A DNA stretch of 64,000 nucleotides from Alphaproteobacteria bacterium (GCA_963665325.3 OZ224045.1:2432001-2496000); one strand, 5' to 3'. Counted from the first letter of the stretch, positions 29,070 to 39,611 are shown. Numbers and translations are program-made. Notes: generated from the letters alone by a model not told the origin.

Positions 29070-30038
29070 ATGCGGGTTTTCCGAAAATTCGCTGAACTGC
29101 CCGAGGACTCCCGGGGCGCCGTCGCGGCGCTCGGCAATTTCGACGGCGTGCATGGCGGCCACCGCGCGGTATTCGACGCGTGCCGGGACATCGCCGGCGG
29201 CGCCCCGCTGGCGGCGCTTACCTTCGAGCCGCACCCGCGCAGCTATTTCCGCCCGGATGACCCGCCGTTCCGGCTGACCTCGCTCCAGGGCAAGATATAC
29301 CAGCTGGAGCCGCTTGGGCTCGACCTGCTCTATGTGCTGGATTTCGACGAAGCGATGGCGGCGCGCTCGCCGGAGGCGTTCGCCCGCGAGGTGCTGGCGG
29401 AAGGGCTCGGCGTCTCGCGCGCTGTTGTCGGCGACGACTTCCGCTTCGGCCGCGGCCGGGCCGGCCGGCCGGAGGACCTCGCTGCGTTCGGCGGGGAATA
29501 CGGGTTCGCCGTCACCGTGATGCCGGATGTGATCGCGCCCGACGGCATCGGGTTTTCCTCGACGCGGGTGCGCGAGCACCTGGCCGGCGGCCGTCCCGTG
29601 GAAGCCGCGTGCCTGCTGGGCCATCCCTGGGAGATCGAAGGCCGGGTCGAGACCGGGGCGCGCCTCGGTCGGACCATCGGCTTTCCCACCGCCAATCTCG
29701 GCCTCGGCGACCTGTTGGTGCCGGCCCTCGGCGTCTATGCCGTCAACGCCGGCCTGGAAGAAGAGTCCGGCTGGGTGTGGCGCGATGCGGTCGCCAATCT
29801 CGGTGTGCGGCCCACCGTGGACGGCGAGAAACTGACATTCGAGGTCCATGTCTTCGACTTCTCGGAGGACATTTACGGCCGCGCGCTTCGCGTCCGCATG
29901 CTCGACTTCATCCGCCCTGAACGGCGGTTCGACGGCCTCGATGCGCTGAAGGCGCAGATTGCCGCGGACTGTGACACCGCCCGCGCCATGCTAGCGGACA
30001 GTCCGGCGGCAGCCGTCAGAGCAGGTCCCGCAACATAG
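29070..30038 (+). CDS. ribF: Bifunctional riboflavin kinase/FAD synthetase
   Basis: GNFDGVHGGH, TFEPHP, SSTRVR, GRTIGFPTAN and GVRPT motifs. Confidence 0.95.
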   Translation: MRVFRKFAELPEDSRGAVAALGNFDGVHGGHRAVFDACRDIAGGAPLAALTFEPHPRSYFRPDDPPFRLTSLQGKIYQLEPLGLDLLYVLDFDEAMAARSPEAFAREVLAEGLGVSRAVVGDDFRFGRGRAGRPEDLAAFGGEYGFAVTVMPDVIAPDGIGFSSTRVREHLAGGRPVEAACLLGHPWEIEGRVETGARLGRTIGFPTANLGLGDLLVPALGVYAVNAGLEEESGWVWRDAVANLGVRPTVDGEKLTFEVHVFDFSEDIYGRALRVRMLDFIRPERRFDGLDALKAQIAADCDTARAMLADSPAAAVRAGPAT

Positions 30039-30417
30039 CGACCAGCGGCCGGTCCGCCGGCGGCATGGGCCAGTCACGCATCTCGTTCGGCCGCACCCAG
30101 GCCAGGCGCTGGCCTTCCCTCGGCCGGGGAACGCCCTGCCAGACGCGGCACACGTAAAGCGGCATCAGCAGATGGAAGTCGGGATAGGCGTGGCTCGCGA
30201 AAGTGAGCGGCGCGAGGCAGGAGGCTTCCGTGTCGATGTCGAGCTCTTCCTTGAGCTCGCGCAACAGGGCCGCCTCGGGCGTCTCACCGGGCCCGGGCTT
30301 GCCGCCGGGGAATTCCCACAGCCCCGCCATCGCCTTGCCTTCCGGGCGTTGCGCCAGCAGAACGCGCCCGTCGCGGTCCACCAGGGCGGCGGCAACGACC
30401 AGCAGCACCTCGCTCAA
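30016..30417 (-). CDS. mutT: 8-oxo-dGTP diphosphatase (Nudix)
   Basis: Nudix box WEFPGGK..PGETPEAALLRELKEEL; TTG start overlapping the argJ stop; usual argJ-mutT synteny. Confidence 0.9.
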   Translation of the reverse strand: MSEVLLVVAAALVDRDGRVLLAQRPEGKAMAGLWEFPGGKPGPGETPEAALLRELKEELDIDTEASCLAPLTFASHAYPDFHLLMPLYVCRVWQGVPRPREGQRLAWVRPNEMRDWPMPPADRPLVAMLRDLL

Positions 30418-31637
30418 GAACGGTAGGACCCGTTGATGTCGATGTAGCCGTGGGTCAGGTCGCAGGTCCACACGATCGCCTTGCCGCGCCCGACGCCGAC
30501 ATCGACCGCAATGCCGATGTCCTGTCCCTGCATGTGCCGGGCGACAGGCGTCTCGTCATAGCCCGGCACCACCTGGCCGTCCCGGGTGATCTCCACCCCG
30601 CCGATGGCGATGCGGAGCGCGTCCCGGTCGGCCTTCTCGCCGGCCTTGCCGACCGCCATGACGATCCGGCCCCAATTGGCGTCCTCGCCGGCAATGGAGG
30701 TCTTGACCAGCGGCGAGTTGGCGATGGCAAGGCCGATGCGCTGTGCTGCGCGGGCGGAGGCCGCTCCAGAGACGGCGATCTCCACGAATTTCGATGCTCC
30801 CTCGCCATCGCGCACAATCTGGTGCGCCAGGTCGCGGCAGACTGCCTCCAGCGCCCGGGCGAAGCCGCGCAGCATGGAGACATCGGGCTCCGGATTGCCG
30901 GCTGCGCCGGTCGCAGCAACCAGCACCGTGTCGCTGGTCGAGGTGTCGCTGTCCACCGTGATGGCGTTGAAGCTGCGCTCGACCGCCCGGCTCGTCAGCC
31001 TCTGCAACAGGTCGGCGGGCACCGCGGCATCGGTGAAGACATAGGCCAGCATCGTGGCCATGTCCGGCGCGATCATGCCGGAGCCCTTGGCGATACCTGC
31101 AATCGTCACCGTCTCGCCGCCGATCCTCGCGGTCGCGGAGGCGCCCTTGGGAAAGGTGTCGGTCGTCATGATGGCGCGCGCCGCCGCCTCCCATGCGCCG
31201 GGCGCGAGAGCCCGCACAAGCCCCGGCAGCCTCTCGACGATGGTGCTCTCCGCCGGCAAAGGCTCGCCGATCACACCGGTGGAGGACACGAAGACCTCGC
31301 GCTCGGCGCATCCGAGCCCGGCGGCTGCGGCCGCGACGGTGTGCTCCACCGCGGCCCTGCCGAGCCGGCCCGTGAAGGCGTTGGCATTGCCGGAGTTGAC
31401 CACCATTGCCCGGGCGCGTCCGCCGGCCAGCGCCTCCCGGCACCACTCGACCGGCGCCGAGGCGGTAAGCGAGCGGGTGAGCGTGCCGGCAATGGCCGTA
31501 CCGGGAGCGAGCTCGGCCAGCAGCAGGTCGTCGCGGCCCTTGTAGCGGATGCCGGCATTGGTCGTGGCGACGCGGACGCCGCCGATTTCCGGCAATTCCG
31601 GGAAGCGCCCGGGCGCCAGGGGAGAAATCGTGTTCAT
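30414..31637 (-). CDS. argJ: Bifunctional ornithine acetyltransferase/N-acetylglutamate synthase
   Basis: NSGNANA, KGSGMIAPDMATML, DSDTSTSD, DGEGASK and NWGR motifs. Confidence 0.96.
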   Translation of the reverse strand: MNTISPLAPGRFPELPEIGGVRVATTNAGIRYKGRDDLLLAELAPGTAIAGTLTRSLTASAPVEWCREALAGGRARAMVVNSGNANAFTGRLGRAAVEHTVAAAAAGLGCAEREVFVSSTGVIGEPLPAESTIVERLPGLVRALAPGAWEAAARAIMTTDTFPKGASATARIGGETVTIAGIAKGSGMIAPDMATMLAYVFTDAAVPADLLQRLTSRAVERSFNAITVDSDTSTSDTVLVAATGAAGNPEPDVSMLRGFARALEAVCRDLAHQIVRDGEGASKFVEIAVSGAASARAAQRIGLAIANSPLVKTSIAGEDANWGRIVMAVGKAGEKADRDALRIAIGGVEITRDGQVVPGYDETPVARHMQGQDIGIAVDVGVGRGKAIVWTCDLTHGYIDINGSYRS

Positions 31638-32449
31638 TGCGATTCCGCCGTTCCGTCGGGATTCAGGAGTTCGATCTCCGTGCCGGCGCGAAGCGTGTTC
31701 AGATGCTCCTGGAGGATGCGCTCGCTGAGCTGGCGTGCGAGCGGTCCCCGCACCTGGAGGAATTTCGGCGCCGGGGGCCGTTCGCTCCCGTGCAGCAGGA
31801 TGATGTGCCAGCCGAACTCGGTCTTGACCGGCTCGGCCGTATAGGACCCCGGCTCCAGCGCAAGCGCGGCTTTCTCGAAGGCCGGGATCATGGCGCCCTT
31901 GCCGAAGGCGCCGAGATCGCCGCCGCGCGACTTGCTGGGTCCTATGGAGTGTTGTTCGGCGAGCGCGGCGAAGTCGCCGCCCTTGTCGAGCTCGGTGATC
32001 ACGGCGCGGGCGGCGGCCTCATCGGAAACCAGGATATGGCTCGCTCTTATCTCCAGCTGGCCCTTTCCGTCGGGATAGGTCTCGTCGTAGAGCGCCTTTA
32101 TCCGGGCGTCGTCGATCCGGGTCTGAAGGTAGTCGATCATGTAGTACTGGGTGAGAAGCGTGCGGCGCTGCCGGGTAAGCTCCCGCTGGAAATCCGGGCG
32201 CTGGTCGAACTTGGCGGCCTCGGCGGCGGCGTAGATCAGAATGCTGTCGATGACGCGCTCGCGCGCCGTCTGGAAGACCATCGAGGGCGGCGCGCCCTGC
32301 ATGGTCTGGGCAATCTCGGCCGCCTGCCGGTCCACATCCGACTTGTAGACGGGGACGCCGTCCACCTTGGCGACTACCGGATCCCCGGTCTGGGCGAAAG
32401 CGAGCGCGGGGGCCAGCACGGCCGCGAGCACGAGAAGGAGCAGACGCAT
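31634..32449 (-). CDS. Parvulin-type peptidyl-prolyl isomerase (PrsA/PpiC-like)
   Basis: Signal peptide; motifs ASHILV, GGDLG, M.PAFE and KTEFGWHII. Confidence 0.9.
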   Translation of the reverse strand: MRLLLLVLAAVLAPALAFAQTGDPVVAKVDGVPVYKSDVDRQAAEIAQTMQGAPPSMVFQTARERVIDSILIYAAAEAAKFDQRPDFQRELTRQRRTLLTQYYMIDYLQTRIDDARIKALYDETYPDGKGQLEIRASHILVSDEAAARAVITELDKGGDFAALAEQHSIGPSKSRGGDLGAFGKGAMIPAFEKAALALEPGSYTAEPVKTEFGWHIILLHGSERPPAPKFLQVRGPLARQLSERILQEHLNTLRAGTEIELLNPDGTAESQ

Positions 32450-32640
32450 GGAGCAAGCGGCCTTGGTTTCGGGCAGGTAAGGGATTGTCGGCAGCATGGA
32501 CATCGCGCAGGCCGAGGTCAACGCCGCGGGCGTCCGGGCGTCGGAATTGCAGGATAGGCAACGGCCCCGCGCCGGGCTAGGTTTGTGCCGTTCCGGTCGG
32601 GGACGGAGTGCGGGTTGCGAGGGAAGAGGAGGCGGGCGCC

Positions 32641-33525
32641 ATGCCGCTGACGCAACAACAGGTCGAGCATTTCAACGAAAGCGGCTATCTGGTGCTGCCG
32701 GGATGCCTGCCGGCGGACCTGCTGGAGGAATTGCGCCGCGAGGCAGACCTTGCCGTCGACGGCGCGCACGGTCTGGAAGGGTCCGATGCGTGCTACGACC
32801 TGGAGGACAGCCACCGGTTCGATGCGCCGCGCGTGCGCCGGCTGAAGACGCCTTTCGAGCACTGGCCCTTCTTCGACCGGTTGATGCGCTCGGCCGCCGT
32901 GCTGGATGCCGTGGAGCCGCTGCTCGGCCCCGATATCCGCATCCATAACAGCAAGCTGAACATGAAGTCGGCGCATTTCGGTGCGCCGGTGGAGTGGCAC
33001 CAGGACTGGGCTTTCTATCCCCACACCAACGACACGGGCCTCGCGGTCGGCATCTATCTGGACGATGTGGACGAGGACAACGGCCCGATGATGGCGGTGC
33101 CGGGCTCGCACCGGGGCCCGGTCTTCGATCATCACAGCGAGGGCGCGTTCTGTGGAGGCATCGACCCCGGACAGCACGATGTCGGCCATGAGCGCGCCGT
33201 GCCGATGATGGGGCCGGCGGGCACCTTCACCCTGCACCATGTGCGGGCCGTCCACGGCTCCGCGCTCAACCGTTCGAACCGCCCGCGCCGGCTGTTGCTC
33301 TACAGCTATTTCGCCGCCGACGCCTGGCCGCTGATGGGCCTTGAGGGCGCGACGCTGGAGGCGTTCGACAAGCGCATCTGCCGGGGCAGCCCTACTCTGG
33401 AGCCACGCCTGGAGCCCGCGCCCGTGCGCATGCCGCTGCCGATCGCGCCGAAGCAGGGCTCGATCTACGAGAACCAGAAGACGCTCACGGGCCGATTCTT
33501 CGAGCAGTTCGAGGAAGTCGCCTGA
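32641..33525 (+). CDS. Phytanoyl-CoA dioxygenase (PhyH) family protein
   Basis: WHQD, NGPM...PGSH and HGSALNRS..PRR motifs. Confidence 0.92.
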   Translation: MPLTQQQVEHFNESGYLVLPGCLPADLLEELRREADLAVDGAHGLEGSDACYDLEDSHRFDAPRVRRLKTPFEHWPFFDRLMRSAAVLDAVEPLLGPDIRIHNSKLNMKSAHFGAPVEWHQDWAFYPHTNDTGLAVGIYLDDVDEDNGPMMAVPGSHRGPVFDHHSEGAFCGGIDPGQHDVGHERAVPMMGPAGTFTLHHVRAVHGSALNRSNRPRRLLLYSYFAADAWPLMGLEGATLEAFDKRICRGSPTLEPRLEPAPVRMPLPIAPKQGSIYENQKTLTGRFFEQFEEVA

Positions 33526-33547
33526 GACGAACGGAGGCGCGCGCCCC

Positions 33548-34786
33548 TTGACCGAACGGTTCTGCAATCTCGACCGGCTGCTGCGCCTGATGGACAGCCG
33601 GAGGGTCGATGCCGTGCTCGCGGCTTCGCCCAATAATGTTTATTGGCTCTCCGGCTTCAACCTGCCGGCGCACAAGTCCGACGAGCCGCGCCCGCTGGCC
33701 GTGCTGCTGGCCCGCGAGGCTCCCGAGGCGCCGATCATGGTGCTGCCCGACTTCTATCTGGGCGCCGCCGCGGCCCGGTCGGGCTGGATCGAGGACATCC
33801 GCCCCTTCCGGGCAATCCTGCTGCCCTTCGACCAGCCGTCCCGCGGCAAGGCGGACCTCGACAGGTTCGTTACCCCGCAGGACCGGCCGGGCTGGTTCGG
33901 GGGAGCTGCGGACCGCTATGCGCCGGACATGGCGGCCGCGCTCGACCGCGCCATCGCCGATCTGGGCCTCGCCGGAAAGCGCATCGCGGCGGACGAGCCG
34001 AGGCTGGCCGCGCGCCTCTCCGGCGTCGATGTCGAGGACGGCTACGGCCTGATGATGTCCGCCCGCAGCATCAAGACGCCCGCCGAGGTGGACTTGATGC
34101 GCGCCGCGACGGCCGTCAACCGCGCGGCCATCGAGGAGAGCATCGGCGCCTGGACGCCCGGCATGACCTGGCGCGACTTGCGCGCCGCCTACCACGCGGC
34201 GGCGCTTGCGCGCGGCGGTTTCGTCCACGATCCGGGTGCGATGGTGCTGGCGAACGGCTCCGACAGCCCCGTCCCGGTCATCGCGTCGGAGACGCAGGAC
34301 TACGAACTCGAACCCGGCATGCGCATCATGTTCGATTGCCACGGCACGAAGGACCGCTATTGCTGGGACGGCGGCAAGACTTGGATTGTCGGCTCCGAAG
34401 GCGCGGATGCCGCGCGCCCGCTGGCCGAGGCGACGGCGGACGTCATGGCGGAGATCGAGGCGCTGATGGTTCCCGGCGCGCGCATTTCCGCCCTGCAGGC
34501 GGCAGGCCGCGCGGTCTATCGCAAGCACGGGCTTTCGCTCGCCGAGGATGCGCTGATCTTCTTCCACGGGCTCGGCCTCAGCCATCTCGACCAGGAGGTC
34601 GATGCCGAGGGCGCCGTCACCGGCGACTTTGCGGTGGAGGCCGGCATGGCGATCGCGACTCACATCTACTATCCGGGCGACCGGCGCGAGCGCATGTGGC
34701 TGGAGGATATCGCGTTCGTCGGTGAGGCCGGTCCGGCGGAGTCGATCTTCGGCTGGGACTTTCTCCCGCACGGCCTGGACGGGTGA
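33548..34786 (+). CDS. M24 (Xaa-Pro aminopeptidase/creatinase) family protein
   Basis: RSIKTPAEV, D..........D, FFHGLGL and LED motifs; TTG start after GGAGG. Confidence 0.8.
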   Translation: MTERFCNLDRLLRLMDSRRVDAVLAASPNNVYWLSGFNLPAHKSDEPRPLAVLLAREAPEAPIMVLPDFYLGAAAARSGWIEDIRPFRAILLPFDQPSRGKADLDRFVTPQDRPGWFGGAADRYAPDMAAALDRAIADLGLAGKRIAADEPRLAARLSGVDVEDGYGLMMSARSIKTPAEVDLMRAATAVNRAAIEESIGAWTPGMTWRDLRAAYHAAALARGGFVHDPGAMVLANGSDSPVPVIASETQDYELEPGMRIMFDCHGTKDRYCWDGGKTWIVGSEGADAARPLAEATADVMAEIEALMVPGARISALQAAGRAVYRKHGLSLAEDALIFFHGLGLSHLDQEVDAEGAVTGDFAVEAGMAIATHIYYPGDRRERMWLEDIAFVGEAGPAESIFGWDFLPHGLDG

Positions 34787-35010
34787 TCGACCGCTTCCCA
34801 AGCGTGCGTTTCGTGGTGAGGCGCGGCCGGTTGCTGGTCTGGGCGGCGGGCGCGCTCCCGGTGGTGGCCGCCTTCCTCGGCATAGGGATCGAGGGCTGGC
34901 ACTGGTTCTGGATGGCGGTCGGGCTGCTGGCCGGCGTCTGCCTGGCTTTCGTCACCCGCCTGCTCGTCGAGCTGACAATCATCATCGCCGATATGCTGCT
35001 GCCCGAGTGA
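34783..35010 (+). CDS. Small 2-TM membrane protein
   Basis: Translationally coupled (GTGA overlaps) at both ends; hydrophobic; ends ...ADMLLPE. Confidence 0.7.
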   Translation: MIDRFPSVRFVVRRGRLLVWAAGALPVVAAFLGIGIEGWHWFWMAVGLLAGVCLAFVTRLLVELTIIIADMLLPE

Positions 35011-36380
35011 GCGGGAGCGGCCTCATCGTTATCGGCGGCGGCCTCGCCGGTCTGACCGCTGCCAACCGGGCCGCCGAGGGCGGGCTCGCCGTTCTGGTGC
35101 TGGAGCGGGGCGGGGAGCCGGATTACTTCTGCAATTCGCGCATTGCGGGCGGCCTGCTGCATGTGGCCTTCCGGGACATGACGCGCCCGGCGGAGGAAAT
35201 CCGCGCGTCTGTCGCGGCGTCGGTGGGTGAGGCCCGGGACCCGGCAACCGCGCTGGCGCCGCTTCTGGCGGAGGATGCCGGCAAGGTGCTGGCATGGCTG
35301 CGCGCGGAAGGCGGGGCCTTCGTGCGCGGCGGCGCGCTCGAATTCATGCGCTGGGTGATGGCCCCGCCCCGCCGCCGGCGCGGCGGGCTCGACTGGAAGG
35401 GGCGCGGGCCGGATGCGCTGCTGCGCCGGCTTGCCCGGAACCTTGCGGCGCGCGGCGGGGACCTACGCCTCGGCTGTGCGGCCGAGGCGCTGGCGATGGA
35501 GGAAGGCAGGGCGGTCGGCGTGCAGACCGCCGCCGGTGTGGAGCGAGCGCGCTCCGTGCTCATTGCCGATGGCGGCTTCCAGGACAATCCGGAACTGGTC
35601 CGCCGCTATCTCTCGCCGCGACCGGAGCGGCTGTTCCGTCGCGGCGCCGGCGGTGGACGGGGAGACGGCATCGCCATGGCGGAGGCGGCAGGCGCGGCCA
35701 CGGTCGGCATGGACCGCTTCTATGGCCATCTGCTCGGGCTGGACGCCTTCGAAAACGACAGGCTCTGGCCCTATCCGACGCTGGATTCGCTGGCCGCCGT
35801 GTCGCTGCTTGCGGACGGCGGCGGCCGGCGGTTCTGCGACGAGGGCCTGGGCGGCGTGTTCATGGCGAACGAGCTTGCGCGGCTGGACGACCCGGAAGGC
35901 GCAGCCGTCATCTTCGACGACCGGCAGTGGCGCGAGGACGCCGCGGATAACCGCTATCCGCCCGCGCTCAACCCGAGCTTCCCGTCGGCGGGCGGGCGGG
36001 TGTTCGAGGCCCCGACGATAGAGCGCCTGGCGCAGGACCTCTCCATGCCGGCCCTCGCCGAGACCGTGGAAGCGCACAATGCCGGGCAACACATGCCGGC
36101 CCGCACGGTGAGTCGTTTCCTGGCGAAGCCGATAGCGGAGCCGCCCTTCCGCGCAATCCGCGCCGCCGCCGGCATCACCTACAGCATGGGCGGGCTCGCC
36201 ATCGACCGCGAGGCACGGGTGCTCGACGGGGATTCGCGGCCGATACCCGGCCTGTTCGCCGCCGGTTCCGCCACCGGCGGCATGGAAGGGGGCCCCCGAG
36301 CCGCCTATCTGGGCGGCCTCGCCAAGGCCGTCGCCACCGGCCTGCGCGCCGCCGACGCCATGCTGGCGGAGGGGCGGTAG
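35007..36380 (+). CDS. FAD-dependent oxidoreductase, fumarate reductase/TcuA-like flavoprotein
   Basis: VIGGGLAG, ADGGF, GDG, RFCDE, TYSMGGL and IPGLFAAG motifs. Confidence 0.85.
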   Translation: MSGSGLIVIGGGLAGLTAANRAAEGGLAVLVLERGGEPDYFCNSRIAGGLLHVAFRDMTRPAEEIRASVAASVGEARDPATALAPLLAEDAGKVLAWLRAEGGAFVRGGALEFMRWVMAPPRRRRGGLDWKGRGPDALLRRLARNLAARGGDLRLGCAAEALAMEEGRAVGVQTAAGVERARSVLIADGGFQDNPELVRRYLSPRPERLFRRGAGGGRGDGIAMAEAAGAATVGMDRFYGHLLGLDAFENDRLWPYPTLDSLAAVSLLADGGGRRFCDEGLGGVFMANELARLDDPEGAAVIFDDRQWREDAADNRYPPALNPSFPSAGGRVFEAPTIERLAQDLSMPALAETVEAHNAGQHMPARTVSRFLAKPIAEPPFRAIRAAAGITYSMGGLAIDREARVLDGDSRPIPGLFAAGSATGGMEGGPRAAYLGGLAKAVATGLRAADAMLAEGR

Positions 36381-36387
36381 AGAGCGG

Positions 36388-37068
36388 CTACGGGGTCTCG
36401 CGTTCCAGGCGGTACCATTCGCCCGGGTCGTTCCCGAACGGGAACATCACATGCTCGATGAAGGCCGGACGCTCCGACAGGCGCGCATACCATGACGAGA
36501 TCTGCGGGAAGGCTGGCCGTTCGATTTCAAGGTTCAGATACCGATGGACGAGCGCCCCGAACGGGATGTCCGCCATCGTGAAACGATCGCCGACGACATG
36601 GCCGGTCCGGGCGAGGTGTTTGTCGAGAATGGCGAGGCCGGTTTCGGTCTGCGCTTGCAGCTCCCCGATCTTCCTGCGGTCGCGAACCGCCGGCTCGGTC
36701 CTGACAAGGGCCCATGTCAGGTCGATACAGGGCGGGTAGAGCGTCGTCTTGTGCCAGTCCATCCACTGGTCCGCGAGCGCATATCCCTCCTCGGACCCGG
36801 GCAGCAACGCGCCTTGCCCGTCATAGCGCCTGCACAGGTAGCGGACGATGGCGTTCGATTCCCACAGCACGAAATCCCCGTCCCTGAGGGTGGGAATCCT
36901 CCCGTTCGGGTTCATCGCCAGATATCCGGGCGTCCGGGTGCCGCCGAAGGAGCCCCCCGTATTGTGGCGGGTATGAGGGATTTTGAGTTCGCCGACGGTC
37001 CACATGACCGGCAGGACATTGCTGGCGTTCCGCCGCCCGAACACCTCGATCCTGTTTTGCGCAGCCAT
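36388..37068 (-). CDS. Glutathione S-transferase (GstB-like)
   Basis: GRRNASNV, NPNGRIPTL, LWESNAIVRYL and FTMADI motifs. Confidence 0.92.
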   Translation of the reverse strand: MAAQNRIEVFGRRNASNVLPVMWTVGELKIPHTRHNTGGSFGGTRTPGYLAMNPNGRIPTLRDGDFVLWESNAIVRYLCRRYDGQGALLPGSEEGYALADQWMDWHKTTLYPPCIDLTWALVRTEPAVRDRRKIGELQAQTETGLAILDKHLARTGHVVGDRFTMADIPFGALVHRYLNLEIERPAFPQISSWYARLSERPAFIEHVMFPFGNDPGEWYRLERETP

Positions 37069-37091
37069 GCTGTCGAAGGACCTGCCGGCGG

Positions 37092-37676
37092 TCAGGCGAA
37101 CCGGCAGGCGTCGTCGAAATCGAGCCTCGGATGGCGCGGGAACAGCACCGACTCGTCGCCGTGGCCGATATTGCACAGGAAGTTCGCCTTCACGCTCGTC
37201 CCGGCGAAGAAGGCGGCGGTCGCGATGCCTTTGTCGAAGCCCGACATGGCGCCGATGTCGAAGCCGAGCGAGCGGGCCGCGATCATGAAATAGGCGCCCT
37301 GCAAGGTGGCGTTGCGGAACCCGGCCTCCTCCGCCGCCTCCGGGTCGTCCCGGTAGAGGTTGGCCATGAAGTCGTCATGCGGAAAGAGGTAGTCCATGCG
37401 CTCGAAAAAGCGCACGTCGTAGCCGATGACGGCCGTTGCCGGGGCCGCCATCGTCTTGTCCAGATTGCCCGAGGAGAGCGCCGGTGCGAGCTTCGCCTTG
37501 GCCTCCTGCGAGCGGACGAAGACGAAGCGGGCGGGGCTCATATTTGCGCTGGTCGGGCCCCATTTCATCAGCTCGTAGATGCGGCGAATGTCGTCGTCAG
37601 TTATCGGGCGGTCGCCCCAGGCGTTGTGGGTGCGGGCCTTGCGGAAAATCAGGTCCAGGGCGGCATCGTCGAGCAT
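37092..37676 (-). CDS. rutE: Malonic semialdehyde reductase-like nitroreductase (RutE family)
   Basis: [29 protein letters not shown] and GAMSGFD motifs. Confidence 0.8.
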   Translation of the reverse strand: MLDDAALDLIFRKARTHNAWGDRPITDDDIRRIYELMKWGPTSANMSPARFVFVRSQEAKAKLAPALSSGNLDKTMAAPATAVIGYDVRFFERMDYLFPHDDFMANLYRDDPEAAEEAGFRNATLQGAYFMIAARSLGFDIGAMSGFDKGIATAAFFAGTSVKANFLCNIGHGDESVLFPRHPRLDFDDACRFA

Positions 37677-37746
37677 CGACTGGCTCCGTCTGCGGAAGGC
37701 GCTAAACTCCGGGCTCCCGTTCCCGCCGTCAAGGAATCCATGACGC

Positions 37747-38718
37747 ATGCGCGCCGCCATCTGCTCCGCCTGGGGCGAGGTCGAGAGCCTCGAAGTCCGC
37801 GACATGCCCGCGCCGGAGCCCGGCGAGGGCGAGGTTGCGATCCGCGTTGCCGCCGCCGGCGTCAACTTCGCCGACGCCATCATGATCGCCGGCAACTACC
37901 AGACCCGGCCCGAGCATCCCTTCGCGCCGGGGTTGGAGGTCGCAGGCGAGGTGACGGCGGTCGGGCCCGGCTGCGAGCGGCTGTCCGTCGGCGACCGCGT
38001 CATGGCGATCCTCTGGTGGGGCGGCTATGCCGAAACCACGATTGCCAGGGAGACGGAGGCCTTCCTCGTGCCGGAGGGCATGACGGACATCGAGGCTGCG
38101 GCCTTCCCGACGGCCTGGGTCTCTTCCCATGTCGCGATCCGGTGGCAGGCGGACCTCAAGGCGGACGAGACCATGCTGGTGCTGGGTGCGGCAGGCGGCG
38201 TCGGCCTGGCGGCGGTGGAGTGCGGCAAGGCGCTCGGCGCGCGGGTGATCGCGGCGGCGAGCAGCCCGGAACGCCTCGCGCTCGCCGCCCGGCACGGCGC
38301 GGACGAGGGCATCGACTACAGCGCGGAGAGCCTGAAGGCGCGCGTTGCGGAGCTGACGGACGGGCGCGGGGTGGACGTAGTTTACGACCCGGTGGGCGGC
38401 CCCTTGTTCGACGAGGCGCTCTCCTCGCTGGGCTGGGGCGGGCGCATCCTGTTGATCGGCTTCGTCGCGGGCGTACCGCGCATTCCGGCCAACCGCCTAC
38501 TGGTCAAGCACCGCTCGGCGATGGGCTCGTCCATGCGCTATTTCCGCCGCGAGCGCCCCGACCTGCTGCTGCGCAGCATGGAGGAACTGGCCGCCTGGTA
38601 CGGCGAAGGGAAGGTGGTCCCCCGCGTGACCGAGACCTGGGGCCTGGAAGACGTGCCCAAAGCCATCCGCCGCCTGACGGAGCGCCAGGCCACCGGCAAG
38701 GTGGTGGTGACGCTTTGA
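37747..38718 (+). CDS. NADPH:quinone oxidoreductase (zeta-crystallin/MDR family)
   Basis: [23 protein letters not shown] and DVVYDPVGG motifs. Confidence 0.92.
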   Translation: MRAAICSAWGEVESLEVRDMPAPEPGEGEVAIRVAAAGVNFADAIMIAGNYQTRPEHPFAPGLEVAGEVTAVGPGCERLSVGDRVMAILWWGGYAETTIARETEAFLVPEGMTDIEAAAFPTAWVSSHVAIRWQADLKADETMLVLGAAGGVGLAAVECGKALGARVIAAASSPERLALAARHGADEGIDYSAESLKARVAELTDGRGVDVVYDPVGGPLFDEALSSLGWGGRILLIGFVAGVPRIPANRLLVKHRSAMGSSMRYFRRERPDLLLRSMEELAAWYGEGKVVPRVTETWGLEDVPKAIRRLTERQATGKVVVTL

Positions 38719-39008
38719 GAGCGCGCTTTCGAGAACGTTCGTCCGTCGACGCCGGCAGACGCGACCGCTCATGGCTATATCTCGCGTGCATATTCTCTTC
38801 TTCCGAAGGCTCTTGTCGTTAGGCTTTCTGTCTGGCGTCTATGTGACGATGAACTCGAACTGGAGCGTTTCTCGGAGTCGCCGGTGAACCGGACGAAGGG
38901 CAATCTATCAACAACCTTGTGTTTCTACGCCGGTTTTCATCGTCACGACCGCGATAGCGCCAGACTCAGCCTTTGAATTTGTAGCGACGGACACGATGGA
39001 GCAGAACA

Positions 39009-39611
39009 TTGGGCCTATTCGAACAGATGGCGTCGGGTACCTTGAAGGAGGATGATCGAGGCGAAACAATATTCCTCTTTCCGTTATTGTTTTTCGTTCC
39101 CAGTCGAGGTTACATTATCCCAATTCGCGAAGACGTCGAACGATTGAAAGAGAATGTAAGAAAATTCTATATGATCCTTATATGGGCAATTATACCCGTT
39201 GCTATTGTTCCTATTACCGTTCTCAATCGTGACGGAGACAATATGGTGTTTATTCTATTGGCAGCCTTCGGAGTTGGGATGATAGCGCGCTTGGCATTTA
39301 TACGACTGTTTCTTTGGAATTTGATACGCGGATACCAAAGAACTACGGAGAAGGTAGGCTTTCTCGAAGCACAACAGATGCAGTCGGATGCCTATTCGAA
39401 GAAGACTCTCAGGAATCTTGGCTTGTTGCTTGCATGTCTCCTCGGCCTGGGTATCGGCGGATTGTTGATGGAGGACAACACTCCTGCGCTTGTTCTGTTG
39501 GTCCTCATGGGGTTTGCCGGGCTGCAGCTTGTGTATCTGGCTCGGATAAAGCGTCGTTCACCCGGCACAGTGCCACAGGAAAAGGTTTCGGGCGGAACAC
39601 TGGAGCAGTAG
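39009..39611 (+). CDS. Hypothetical 4-TM membrane protein (AT-richer than flanks)
   Basis: Clean 200-aa ORF with a GGAG RBS and two pairs of hydrophobic helices; no family recognised. Confidence 0.7.
   Translation: MGLFEQMASGTLKEDDRGETIFLFPLLFFVPSRGYIIPIREDVERLKENVRKFYMILIWAIIPVAIVPITVLNRDGDNMVFILLAAFGVGMIARLAFIRLFLWNLIRGYQRTTEKVGFLEAQQMQSDAYSKKTLRNLGLLLACLLGLGIGGLLMEDNTPALVLLVLMGFAGLQLVYLARIKRRSPGTVPQEKVSGGTLEQ

Noticed and set aside
38818-38972. Integron attC site (GTTAGGC next to a long hairpin)
   Set aside because: The core is at the wrong end (attC needs RYYYAAC...GTTRRRY), and there is no integrase or cassette array.
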